The position numbers were made by a program, and so were the translations under genes. 64,000 nt of DNA, taken from contig NIVC01001296.1 in the NCBI GenBank assembly GCA_002269645.1, positions 1 through 64,000 of the forward strand, given 5' to 3'. The notes under the pieces are model-generated. The model was given only the letters and a program-made list of their open reading frames with translations, did not search any database and had not been told where the DNA came from. This document shows positions 14,283 to 27,420 of this stretch, piece by piece; positions within the stretch are counted from its first letter, which is position 1; every line of letters begins with the position of its first letter. This DNA is from Macrostomum lignano (Eukaryota).

Positions 14283-15760
14283 TGCTCACAGAGACCAATC
14301 AAGAGATGCATATTGTGCTCACAGAGACCAATCAAGAGATGCATATTTTGCTCACAGAGACCAATCAAGAGATGCATATTTTGCTCACAGAGACCAATCA
14401 AGAGATGCATATTTTGCTCACAGAGACCAATCAAGAGATGCATATTTTGCTCACAGAGACCAATCAAGAGATGCATATTTTGCTCACAGAGACCAATCAA
14501 GAGATGCATATTTTGCTCACAGAGACCAATCAAGAGATGCATATTTTGCTCACAGAGACCAATCAAGAGATGCATATTTTGCTCACAGAGACCAATCAAG
14601 AGATGCATATTTTGCTCACAGAGACCAATCAAGAGATGCATATTTTGCTCATTAACGAGACCAATCAAGAGATGCATATTTTGCTCACAGAGACCAATCA
14701 AGAGATGCATATTTTGCTCATTAACGAGACCAATCAAGAGATGCATATTTTGCTCACAGAGACCAATCAAGAGATGCATATTTTGCTCACAGAGACCAAT
14801 CAAGAGATGCATATTGTGCTCATTAACGAGACCAATCAAGAGATGCATATTTTGCTCACAGAGACCAATCAAGAGATGCATATTTTGCTCACAGAGACCA
14901 ATCAAGAGATGCATATTGTGCTCATTAACGAGACCAATCAAGAGATGCATATTTTGCTCACAGAGACCAATCAAGAGATGCATATTTTGCTCACAGAGAC
15001 CAATCAAGAGATGCATATTTTGCTCATTAACGAGACCAATCAAGAGATGCATATTTTGCTCACAGAGACCAATCAAGAGATGCATATTTTGCTCACAGAG
15101 ACCAATCAAGAGATGCATATTGTGCTCATTAACGAGACCAATAAAGAGATGCATATTTTGCTCATTAACGAGACCAATAAAGAGATGCATATTGTGCTCA
15201 TTAACGAGACCAATCAAGAGATGCATATTGTGCTCATTAACGAGACCAATAAAGAGATGCATATTGTGCTCATTAACGAGACCAATCAAGAGATGCATAT
15301 TGTGCTCATTAACGAGACCAATCAAGAGATGCATATTTTGCTCATTAACGAGACCAATCAAGAGATGCATATTTTGCTCATTAACGAGACCAATCAAGAG
15401 ATGCATATTTTGCTCATTAACGAGACCAATCAAGAGATGCATATTTTGCTCATTAACGAGACCAATCAAGAGATGCATATTTTGCTCATTAACGAGACCA
15501 ATCAAGAGATGCATATTTTGCTCATTAACGAGACCAATCAAGAGATGCATATTTTGCTCATTAACGAGACCAATCAAGAGATGCATATTTTGCTCATTAA
15601 CGAGACCAATCAAGAGATGCATATTTTGCTCATTAACGAGACCAATCAAGAGATGCATATTTTGCTCATTAACGAGACCAATCAAGAGATGCATATTTTG
15701 CTCATTAACGAGACCAATCAAGAGATGCATATTTTGCTCATTAACGAGACCAATCAAGAG
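14283..15760. repeat. 30/33-bp minisatellite (CTCACAGAGACCAATCAAGAGATGCATATTTTG / CTCATTAACGAGACC...)
   Basis: Direct reading; it produces the repetitive 496-540 aa ORFs in the track. Confidence 0.95.
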
Positions 15761-16270
15761 ATAACTCTACCATCAATGTGCTCACCGAAGAGACAAAAGA
15801 GATGCACTATAATGGCTCAGATATCGGATGAAGGATACCAAACCAGAGAGATGGATGACTCAATCATCGCTAAGGTGCAAATCGACGAAAATAACCAATG
15901 AGATGATGACTCCAAAATCTCTAGTTTTAGACGATTGATTTCTATTATGAATAAATTAGTCAAGGAAAACTTGTTTCTAACTGCAACGAATTCGTTTGAG
16001 CTCAAAAAATGTGCTCACAAGTCCGCCAAAGCGACAAAAGCAACAACGGTCTGCCTTGCTACTTGCAGCAGCCAATGCAAAGCCTATCAATTTATTCAGC
16101 CACACAGTTTAGTTATATCGAAGCACAAATAGACTTAAGACAAGGATTAGGCCGGCTAGGAGAAGCGCAACGTTAAAAATGCTCAAGCCGAAACATATTT
16201 TGCCAGGTTTTCGACAAACACAAACTACTTTAAGTAGTCGAATAGAAAAAATGGCCTTTTTAGATGCTTG

Positions 16271-17339
16271 TCAAACCAGTAGCACGGCATTGATGCAGCC
16301 GTCATTCTCCGGACAGTTAGTCACCTGGGCGTATTTCCCCCAAACAACTTTGCCGGACTGCGTCACCAGGCCCAGATCGCTGACGTTCACCTCGATCACC
16401 GTGCCCTTAGTGATGATGCCCAGGCTGGTGTACAGAGACGATGTTGGATTCTTTTTCACGCCCAGCAACGGCAGCTGGAACGTGGCTTTGAGCTCCGGAT
16501 GAGTCACGTGAGCGACCTTGAAGCGCAGTCCGGTTGGCCGAATAAATCGCTCATATTTCGGCGGCTTCCTAGTGAAACCGTCAGGCACAAATGTCACCTT
16601 GGTAACCATCCGCTTCCAGGCTTTGCGCTTGGATTTGCCGCTGCGCAGAGCGCGGAACGCCTCCGCCTCGGACGTGGCGCGGACCTTCGGGATCGGCACG
16701 TCCCACTTGCCTGCGGATTAGAGGGGTTCCAATTGTGTAGGTGGGTTGCAATTGATATGGGGAATATCTGGTGTGGGATCAAGGAGTAACTATCCACTCC
16801 ACTAACCCAAGGAGTGACTGATGAGGGGATCAAGGAGTGGCTGATGTGGGAATCAGAGAGTGTGGCTGACATGGGAGTCAGGGAGTGGCTGATGTGGGGA
16901 TCAGAGAGTGTGGCTGACATGGGAGTCAGGGAGTGGCTGACATGGGATTCAGGGAGTGGCTGATGTGGGGGATCACAAAAAAGCATTACTCACCTGCTTT
17001 CTCCTTTCGCTTCTGCTTGAGCATGTTAGACAGCACCTTGGCCCTGGTCTGGTCCTCCCTATCCAGCAGGTAGACAGGCTTGGCGCCCTCCGGAACCTCC
17101 TGATCGTCGGCTCGCTGCCGCGTGTCCCGCTGATCGTGCGCACGCAGCGTCTTCTTCATCTGCACTTTCTCCTTGTGCCGCTCCTTGTTGTACAGCTTGG
17201 CCTTGAGTCCACGCAGAGTTCGCGCCTTCTTAGACCGCAGCCGGCCCTGTCTGGCCTCCTTCTTGCGCTGTTTCTCATCGTGATCGAACCGGCGGCCGTG
17301 CCGCTTCCGGTGCAGCTCGATGTGCTCGTTCTGAGGCAT
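16271..17339 (-). CDS. NSA2: Ribosome biogenesis protein NSA2, 2 exons, 261 aa
   Basis: Exons 17339-16994 and 16710-16271 (GCA G|gtgagt ... cgcag|GC). [15 protein letters not shown] start, [10 protein letters not shown], and the C-terminal [21 protein letters not shown] are typical of NSA2. Confidence 0.97.
16780..16975. repeat. Degenerate ~22-bp array in the NSA2 intron
   Basis: Repeated GGAGTGGCTGATGTGGG/GACATGGG units. Confidence 0.75.
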
Positions 17340-17469
17340 GCAAATATTAAAAATTACAAACTACTTATAGTAGAAAACCGATTTGAAAACTAAATTTCTA
17401 AATCGTGTGCTAGATTCCCGAGACTGAAGATAAATAATGAGTCCCTGTAGGCCTTAAACTATTAAAATT

Positions 17470-18285
17470 ACTCCAAGGACTCCTTTCTAAAAATCTACTG
17501 GACTAGAAGTCCAATTGGGTCAGCCAAGGAGTCCTTTCTAGAAGTCAACTGGACTGGGAGCCTATCAGAGAAATCCAAGGACTCTTTCGATCTAAAAATC
17601 TACTGGACTGGAAGTCCAATTGGGTCAGCCAAGGAGTCCTTTCTAGAAGTCAACTGGACTGGGAGCCTATCAGAGAAATCCAAGGACTCTTTCGATCTAA
17701 AAATCTACTGGACTGGAAGTCCAATTGGGTCAGCCAAGGAGTCCTTTCTAGAAGTCAACTGGACTGGGAGCCTATCAAAGAAATCCAAGGACTCCTTTCT
17801 AAAAATCTACTGGACTGGAAGTCCAATTGGGTCAGCCAAGGAGTCCTTTCTAGAAGTCAACTGGACTGGGAGCCTATCAGAGAAATCCAAGGACTCCTTT
17901 CTAAAAATCTACTGGACTGGAAGTCCAATTGGGTCAGCCAAGGAGTCCTTTCTAGAAGTCAACTGGACTGGAAGCCTATCAGAGAAATCCAAGGACTCTT
18001 TCGATCTAAAAATCTACTGGACTGGAAGTCCAATCGGGACAGCCAAGGACTCCTTTCAAGAAGTCAACTGGACTGGGAGCCTATCAGAGAAATCCAAGGA
18101 CTCTTTCGATCTAAAAATCTACTGGACTGGAAGTCCAATCGGGTCAGCCAAGGGCTCCTTTCTAGAAGTCAACTGGACTGGGAGCCTATCAGAGAAATCC
18201 AAGGACTCTTTCGATCTAAAAATCTACTGGACTGGAAGTCCAATCGGGTCAGCCAAGGGCTCCTTTCTAAGAGCATACTGGACTG
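17470..18285. repeat. ~105-bp satellite made of two related ~52-bp subunits, between ETFB and NSA2
   Basis: Period 105 (17591 vs 17696). Subunits AAGGAGTCCTTTCTAGAAGTCAACTGGACTGGG and AAGGACTCCTTTCTAAAAATCTACTGGACTGGA. Confidence 0.9.
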
Positions 18286-18989
18286 GAACACTAGGAAAAT
18301 AGAAGCAGCAATTTTACCTTTAAAAAGCACAAATATTAAAACATTTTTAAACTATGAAAATTCAATTCAACAATGAAACAATCATATTCGGCTTTTAATT
18401 CATATCAATTCATAGCTAAACAAAAAATTTAACAAGAAAAGGTTGCGGTACGATTTACCTTGTCCAGAACGCGAACACAGTAAAAAACACATTTCTTGTC
18501 GAAAATGAATAAGCAGCTTTAAGACCAGTGGATACCTATAGTAGCATATGGACTGGAACACTGGGCTGGGAGCGGCATAATTTATTAAACTCAAATCAGC
18601 GCTATAATGAGAGCGAGCAGCAATTTGATAGGCTAACTATTATCGATACACTATATAATTTACTAATCGCCAAATGGTTTCAATTAAAAACACAGCATGA
18701 GCTAAGCTGTCAATCAAAGCCAGGGGAATCTAATGGAGCAAAGTGAAAACACGCACACAAAATAATGGCAATCTTTCGTAGTTTGCTTTAACTGGTTTTC
18801 TTATAAATTCATTCTTCGTCACAATTTAAACTCGCGCCGAGATAAACTCCAGCTGTCGTTAAATACGTAAGACGCAATTGAGCCCCAAAAAAGATTGCCA
18901 TAATATAGAATTCTCATTGGATTAACACAGCCCCCGCTCCTAAAAGGCTCTCCAGTTCAAACACCAACTTGGCTGCGCAATCAATCAGT

Positions 18990-20981
18990 CTACTTCACCA
19001 GGCCCTTCTCGCGAAGCTTGCCAACGAGGTCTTCCACTGATTCAACTTTGGCGCCAGCTTTGCGCACCGGCGGGTCCTCGACGCTGATCACCTCCTGGCG
19101 GGGCTGCAGATCCACGCCGAGCTGGTCGGGGGACATCTTGGCAAGCGGCTTCTTCTTCGCCTTCATGATGTTCGGCAGGGTTGCGTAGCGGGGCTCGTTC
19201 AGCCGCAGGTCGCTGGTCACGACGGCCGGGACCGACACATCGATAGTCTCCATGCCGCCGTCCACCTCGCGGGTCACCCGGAGCTGCTTAGAGTCCTGCG
19301 GAGGGTATTGATGGGCAATGGAGAGTCAGTGATGGCAATGGAGAGTCAGTGATGGGAAATGGAGAGTCAGTGATGGGCAATGGAGAGTCAGTGATGGCAA
19401 TGGAGAGTCAGTGATGGGAAATGGAGAGTCAGTGATGGGAAATGGAGAGTCAGTGATGGCAATGGAGAGTCAGTGATGGGAAATGGAGAGTCAGTGAAGG
19501 CAATGGAGAGTCAGTGATGGGCAACGGTGAGTCAGTGATGGCAATGGAGAGTCAGTGATGGCAATGGAGAGTCAGTGATGGGAAACGGAGAGTCAGTGAT
19601 GTGCGATGGAGAGTCAGTGATGGGAAATGGAGAGTCAGTGATGGCAATGGAGAGTCAGTGATGTGCGATGGAGAGTCAGTGATGGAAATGGAGAGTCAGT
19701 GAAGGCAATGGAGAGTCAGTGATGGCAATGGAGAGTCAGTGATGGAAATGGAGAGTCAGTGAAGGCAATGGAGAGTCAGTGATGGCAATGGAGAGTCAGT
19801 GATGGAAATGGAGAGTCAGTGAAGGCAATGGAGAGTCTGATGGGAAATGGAGAGTCAGTGAAGGCAATGGAGAGTCAGTGATGGGAAATGGAGAGTCAGT
19901 GATGGGAAACGGAGAGTCAGTGATGTGCGATGGAGAGTCAGTGATGGGAAATGGAGAGTCAGTGATGGCAATGGAGAGTCAGTGATGGCAACGGCGAGTC
20001 AGTGATGGCGATTGAGAGTCAGTGATGGGCAATGGAGAGTCAGTGATGGCAATGGAGAGATAAGATACGATCTATAACAGAGTCGATTAGATCTATAAGA
20101 GAATCGATGAGATCTATCATCGATGAGATCTATAAGAGAATCGAAGAGATCTATCAGAGTATCGAAGAGATCTATCAGAGAATCGAAGAGATCCATGAGA
20201 GAATCGAAGAGATCTATAAGAGAATCGAAGAGATCTATCAGAGTATCGAAGAGATCTATCAGAGAATCGAAGAGATCTATCAGAGAATCGAAGAGTTCTA
20301 TCAGAGAATCGAAAGAGATCTAACAGAGAATTGAAGAGATCTATCAGAGAATCGAAGAGATCTATCAGAGAATCGAAGAGATCTAACAGAGAATTGAAGA
20401 TATCTATCAGAGAATCGAAGAGATCTATCAGAGAATCGAAGAGATCTATCAGAGAATCGAAGAGATCTATCAGAGAATCGATAGAGGTAACAATCGCTAA
20501 CCTGGCTAGGCTCAATCTTGGAGGCGAAGGTGGCTTGAGGCCAGTCAAGCAGGGCAGCCAGCATCTGGCCAGTCTGGTTGCAATCGTCATCAATAGCCTG
20601 CTTGCCAAGGATGACTAAATCCGGTTTCTCTGATTCGCACACTTTGGCCAATAGCTTTGACACGTGAATTGGCTGCAGTTTCTCTAATTGGGCCAGCGGA
20701 ATCTCAACGTGAATGGCCCGATCGATGCCCATCGCCAGTGCGGTGCGCAGAGTCTCCTGGGACTGCGGCGGGCCAACCGAGATGGCCACGGCTTCGCCAG
20801 CCAGTTTCTTCTCTTTCATGCGGACAGCCTCTTCTACAGCGATCTCGTCGAATGGGTTCATGGAGTGCTTGACGCCCTCGGTCACAACCCCAGACCTGTC
20901 TGGTTTGACGCGAACTTTAACAGCGTAGTCAATGACTCGCTTGCAGCCAACAAGAATTTTCAGGCCTTTGCTTGCCGCCAT
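18990..20981 (-). CDS. ETFB: Electron transfer flavoprotein beta subunit, 2 exons, 261 aa
   Basis: Exons 20981-20502 and 19295-18990 (CAG|gttagc ... cgcag|GAC). Motifs [73 protein letters not shown]. Confidence 0.97.
19312..20058. repeat. 20/21-bp minisatellite (GAGAGTCAGTGATGGCAATG)n, 3' half of the ETFB intron
   Basis: Direct reading. Confidence 0.95.
20075..20482. repeat. 21-bp minisatellite (GAGATCTATCAGAGAATCGAA)n, 5' half of the ETFB intron
   Basis: Direct reading; gives the 7-aa periodic ORFs in the track. Confidence 0.95.
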
Positions 20982-23706
20982 GTCTGCTTTGTTGATAATA
21001 TGAATATACTTGGCATGCATAAGGCCAATTCAATAGTAATGTTAGAGCCTGGGTTTCAAGTGTCAGCATTGCAGTGCATGCAGTGCATCAGAAAAGTTCA
21101 AAATCAAACAAACCACCAACATCTCTACCCTACCCTTTACACTGCTGAGTCTCTCTGGCTGACAGAAGTGTCAAAAGTCTACAGACTTAATCTTTTACAG
21201 ATTACTCCAATTTGACAAGTGATAGAAACCTTGAAATCCCAAAAGTCCTGGGTCCCAATTAGGGGAGTTCAGGTTTCCATTTTTGGTTAATTAAACATTT
21301 ATTTAATCTAATATCATATCGCAAATAGTCTATTATATTTATTATAGAAACTAGAGATAGATTGTAACTGATTTTTCAATTGAAATTTTAAGACAAAGTT
21401 TTCTAAAATTGAAATTATTTTTTAAAATCTTCTAGTAATAGTGCATTTTAATGATGAGGCAAAGACAAAACTTAATTATTTGAAGCACAAAACTTATACT
21501 TAGATCAAAATAGTTATAAACTGCAGCTCATGGCTTAATTGACATCTTCAATATAAAAATAAAGAACAGATTAAGTCAGATGAATCAATACAACTTATAT
21601 AGTAAATTGTTAAATATGTACCAATTTGGGATATGAAATCTTGACTCTTAAGGCAATGGGATTAGGCACAAAGTCTAAACTAGTAAGATTCCAAATAAAA
21701 ATGGAGAAATAGGATGTGCAGACCTTAGATATACAGATATATAGATAGACTAGGCCTATCAAACAAATAAATAGGTAACTAGGAATAAATAAGAACAGGG
21801 ATAAGGTAGAAGGTTATTGCTTATTGATATATCAAGCACTTTGTTTATCTATTGCTTTCTTCTTTTCTATTTTCCTCCCTAACCATTTTATCTTACATGT
21901 TTTATAGACAAAATATATATAAAATTTGAAATTTAAAATTGGTATATTTAAATCTTTAAATAAAGTTGATTTATATATCTTATATTTGCTTATAATTATA
22001 TATTTAATATTATGTGGTAGCCAGTGGTTATAATATAAAATTGTAGATATTTATGATTCTAAGAAGATAAGAAAGACTAGAGCTCCAATTGAAAGCTATA
22101 CTATTATAAGAAAGACAACCTAGCTAGCTATTGCTAATTGTATATCTAATTGTGATTAAAATAGCCAATATTGAATAAACAAGGATAATTGCAATGTTTC
22201 TATATATTTAATAGACCTAATTTATTATAACCTAATATTAATAACCTAATAATGGATAATATTAAGCTATAGCTTGTTTCTTATTATTGTTGTTTTATCT
22301 ATACTAAAAATTATTGATCTAGATAGGTAGATAAGTAGGTAGGTAGGACTATATGATTGATTTTAGCAAAAATAGCAATTTGTGACAGAGAGTGTACTCC
22401 ACCCTAGACAGTCTGTCCCCAGCGTCTAGTGCACTGTCTTGGTAGACATCATGCGCAACCTCCAAAATTCGGTCAGCCATGCGACTTAGTTTTAACAAAA
22501 ATGCGACATAGTTTTTGGCCAAAAATGTGACATGTAAAAAACCCTAGCATAAGTAGCGTAAAGCAAAATTAATGCTACTTTGGGTAAATGGCAGGAGTAA
22601 CTATGATTGTCTTATTAAGTCAAAATGCCTCATCAGCTACTTAGTACTACTACTTGGGTATTATTTTGGTTGGGCATTTTTGCGACTTCCTTTTTTGGCC
22701 ACCAAATTGGTTGGCTGGATCGGCTGACTTGGCCAACTGTTGCACATGTATATCGGTAGAAATGCACTATCTATCTCTATGCAGCGTGGGCCGAGCCCCA
22801 ATTGATTGGTTCAACCTCTGTAAGATCTGCATGTCTAGAAGCTGGGGAGGGGGGGACAAAGACTCATATTGCACTGGCCTACTATAAGGCTCTTTGTATC
22901 TCCATTCCATGCTTTACCATTTTTCCACTCTGCAAAATATACTTGCTCTGCGTGCAATACATAGCAAGTTTTGTCACTAGCTACAAATTACTATATTAGG
23001 CCTAGCTAAAGCTTTGCTATAGCTATAGTATAGGCCTAGTATTATATTGCTATCTAGACTATTATGCATTCCAAACTCTGCATACAGCATGGCTACATAT
23101 ACAATATCTAGCTGCCTTTCCAAGGCATCTATCAGGGTTCTATGTCTTAATGTTATATAATAATAGTTATAATAGAATTTACCAGCTAAGCTACAAATAT
23201 AAATATAGGAAACATTAATATTAGCTTGAAAATTATGTTTCTAAAATGAGTTAAAGTTTTATATATCATTTCAATAACAATTATTACTAATAAAAAATCA
23301 ATAGCATATTTAGGAATAAAGGCTAAAAGCATCCTTATAAAATATAAGTTTTAGTTTGATTTTATAATTTTTGTATATTGCTAGGCCCTATTTTACATTT
23401 TATTTAAATCAATCAATCAAAAGCAAAGATACAATTTGGTAGGCTTAGGCCTAATCTATCTATGTCCCTTTCAAAACTTTTTTAGATCTATGCTTATATA
23501 ATAAGAAATAAGGAAATATATAGACCTAGGGCCTAGGCTTACTTTACTCTTAATTTAGAGCTATGGCCATCTTGGATTATTGGTATATGGCCATGGCTAT
23601 CTTTGTCATATGCCTAATAATAACATTGATTATGCCTAAATATAAATTAAAACAATATTGCAATTTGGCCTATGCAATTATGGGTAACTAATAACTAATA
23701 ATAATA

Positions 23707-25055
23707 CTTCGCCTGTCTGGAAAGTTGTGAGAATGTGTCAGTCAAGCAAGAAAGCAGCAAGCTGATGACATGGCACACATAAAATTTCAATGATAGCCTC
23801 ATAGATGTCTATGGTGAAAATTCTTGTTATTCTAGCAGCAAAATTAGGGGCAGGGGCGAGCTCAGCATAAAGTGCTCAAAAACCAATGCAACGCAGTGAT
23901 CAAGCTTGAAAAATTTAATAGAGTTTGTCAAAATGGAAGATTTCCAGGCTTATGCCTACGCTAGATACCATCTTGGAATCTCTGCTATTAGTTGTTATGA
24001 TGAACTACTTAAAGTTTATGGAGATGCTGCACCAGGTCAGTCAACAGTTTACAGATGGTACTCAAAGTTCCGTGATGAAGCATTTCCCCTGGCCTCAGCT
24101 CCTCGGACTGGCCGGCCACGGTCAACAAGGACAATGGAACGGATCGAAACCTGCCAAGCTCTAGATGAAGAGGATTCATCAGTTAGTGTCCGAGACCTCG
24201 CCGACTTTTTGGAAGTTGGTAAAACAATAGTGCACGAAATTTTGACCAAGGATTTGCACCTTCGAAATGTTTCTGCCGTCTGGGTTCCTCATGCTCTATC
24301 CAAGGAGAACAAGACTGCTCGCATCAATTGTGCCAAGCAAATCCACAGGCTTTTTTACAACGAGGGGGTGGAAAACTTTTGCGATAAGTACGTGGTGGAA
24401 GATGAGACGTGGGTGTACCTGAACAACACTGGCACAAAGCAAAACAACAGGTGCTGGCTTGGCCAAGGAGATCATCGGCCCCAGGTTGTCAGGCACTCGG
24501 TCGGGAATGCAAAGACAATGCTTCTGGTTGCTTTCATTCCAAGCAAGTGCTTCTCCATTAAATCCACAGCCCCGGAGCAAACTGTTGATGCAGATGGCTA
24601 GTTGAATTCATTCGACACATGGGAGACCTATGGCATACTCTGAGGTCAAAGCCAATTCACCTGTCGGATGTTCTTTGGCAGTGGGACAATGCGCGACCTT
24701 ACGTAGCCCATTCTGTGCAGCAGTACATGGAGTCCTGTGGAGTTCAGCTGGTATTTCAGAGTCCTTACAGCCCAGACTTCAATCTGTACGACCATTTTTT
24801 GTTCAGTTGGATGAAGACTGATTTCTCCAGGCGAGTATTCAGCAACCACAATGAAGTTCAAGAAGCTGCGTTGCAATGGGCAAGAGGCCTTGACAAAGAT
24901 TGCTTAAAAAGAGAGGTTCAGCGACTCGTTGACCATTGCCAAGCTGTAATCAATGCAAGGGAAAATTACATTACCAACTAGTGCTGTTATCGTGTTTTTT
25001 GATAGTTCTAACTGATTTTTTAAATACATTCTCGCAACTTTTCGGACAGCTGAAG
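23707..25055 (+). mobile_element. Mariner-like DNA transposon (DD34D), full length, about 1.35 kb
   Basis: 29-bp TIRs at 23707-23735 and 25027-25055 (24/29 identical), flanked by TA at 23705-06 and 25056-57; transposase remnant inside. Confidence 0.9.
23906..24981 (+). pseudogene. Mariner transposase with a 1-bp deletion near 24600
   Basis: HTH region, VWVPH (WVPHEL-like), VEDETW, WDNARP and SPYSPDFNLYD with 34 residues between the last two Asp. Restoring one base at GGC TA[T] GTT joins the two ORFs (DGYVEFIRHMGD). Confidence 0.9.
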
Positions 25056-26145
25056 TATAATCAACCAAACCAAATTCTTAACTATTGCCAAGGTTGCTTA
25101 ATGGTTGGCCATTACCTATGTAGTAGCGGTACTGTATTTCTAGGAATTATTGTTTTAAAACTAGTGCAAAAATTAATATTCTTTTGTTATAATATGCGAA
25201 ATATTCTCAAGTTGTAAGAGTTTGTTTTAAATATACGCAATTGACTAGGAGAAATAGGAGAGAGCCGAAGGGATGGAAGGATAACTTGTTTGCTAGCCAT
25301 AAGCTCAAAACATGTTCGATAACTTCTATCAAATCATTGCTTATTTCTAAGAGTATTACAGAAAAGGTTGAAAGTTGCAATTGGAATTCATGCAAAGAGT
25401 AGTATTAAGAGTAATCGCTGTGACCCTCTAATCTCAGTAACACCCAGACTGGAGAAAGAGAGAGAGAAAATACATATAGCAGTACTAGACTGCTCAGGCG
25501 ATATACTAGCCTAAGAATGCTACCAGACCATATACTAAGAACACTACCTAGAAATATATGAGATTCAAAGAAACAGTTAGAAAAATTAAGGCAAAAATTT
25601 AGTATCAGCAGTAAAAATTTAATAGAGGGAAATTGAAAACCTGTCACAACTGGTAGCAATCAGTGGGATAGTCAGAGGATAGAAGTAAGCCCTACGACAA
25701 CTTTGGTGCCAACTGTAGGATAATTTCTACTAGAGAGAGCTGAAAGGCCTGTTACACCAATGCATTCAACCATCTAGTGCTAAGGATAAGTGGCTCTTTA
25801 ATAGGGCCTAGAGGCCTAGTAGGCAATAGCTAGGGCCTAGTAGTGGTACTGTCATAGTGACGTCATACCAGTAACCAAATAGACTAGGCCCCTAGCTTTA
25901 ATTGAGTAAACAACTGATAGACCTAGGCCCCTATTCATTTAAGTATAATGTTTTAATTAATGCTTTAGAGTTTAATGTTAATGTAAATTAAGTAAGCAAA
26001 ATTTAAGTATAATTTAATTTTACATTAAATTGCATAGCATAAACTTTTTTCTGAAGTAGGCCTAACATGTTTACTGTGCATTCTGATATTTTTTCTTTAT
26101 GTTCTAATCAGTTCAATTTCATTTTCAGACTGACCAGCCAACTCG

Positions 26146-26522
26146 TAGGCTTTTCATATTACCGATTCTAGAACCAGAATCGGTTCGAGAAGCTTTTCAT
26201 ATTGTCTGTTTATTTTCAGAATCGGTTCCAGAACCGTGTTCTAATTCTGGAAACTTGGATCGAGAAATTTTCATGTTTACTTACATTTAAACAGTAAAAT
26301 AGATTTGAAATCGTCAAGTTCTTATTGTCGGTATTTCGTTAATAATTATTCCTAGTTTTTGTTATATCCACGAAAAAACAAAGTCAAGGAAAGACAAAAT
26401 TAAATTGTAAAGACAGGCAAACATAAAATGGGTTCGAAGCTCTTTCATTTTCCTACCGATTCTGGTTCTGGAATCGGAAAATTATTCTGGTTTTTTTTAG
26501 ACCGATCTTCGTGAAAAGCCTA
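26146..26522. mobile_element. Possible MITE with short TIR TAGGCTTTTCA and internal ACCGATTC..GAATCGG palindromes
   Basis: 11-bp inverted match at 26146-26156 / 26512-26522 plus repeated internal hairpin motifs; no longer TSD seen. Confidence 0.4.
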
Positions 26523-27420
26523 TCGCTTGAATTGCGTCTTCTTCGGATTTCGATGAAAATTAAAATTTATGATAAACTTAACAGTAACTTTTTGGATAAA
26601 GTTAAAATTAGCGAAAAATTATAGTATATATCGTTTTTTGCATATAACGACGAAAAAATATGACTTTGTTTTATTAGTTTTAGAAGCCTAATCAAAAATT
26701 TTCGACTTCTTCAGAAAGTAAAATATTTATTTGTTACTGACTTATCAAAAATAAAAAAACTGTTTCTTAGGCCCCTAATGAGTAATGAATAAGGTTTAAG
26801 TACCTCGCTCAGCATTTTAATCGAAGAATCAGATATTTTCAAATCGTATATACTAAAATCAGAGCTAAAAACCTTATCATGCTGATGCTCTCACTCAGTT
26901 AAACTTCTGAATTCACGTCACGATTCTTGAACCTGATTAGCTGAGTTCTTTAGTTGAGTTCTATGCTAAGCTAAGCTAGGTAGCTAGGCTTGGTCCTATG
27001 CGATAGTCTAGATCATTAATTTTTTATATTCTAGACCTATCTAACTGAATAAATTAAATGGTATAATGTCTAATGATTTTGTGAAAATTTTAGGGACCCT
27101 AGCCTAGACTGATCACTGATGACGATGTACTATGTAGAAAGTTATAGAAATTTTTAACTTACTAAGTTTTTAACTTTTATAGGGCCCAACCAAAATTTTT
27201 TTGAGGGGAGGGCCATAGTCAAGATCATGGCATGCCTGCACCAGAACAAAAATCCTATCAAAAAAGTGTGCTTGCACCATGCACTAGAACTATTACTATC
27301 AGATAAATGTGCTCTGGGTTTTTTTTTTCGCCAGAGATAAGGTGCGAAATCGCACCTTGTGCCAAATTTCAAGGTGCGATTTTAAGGCTCAGAGTGCAAT
27401 TTCTCTTGAGTCTTGTTTAG

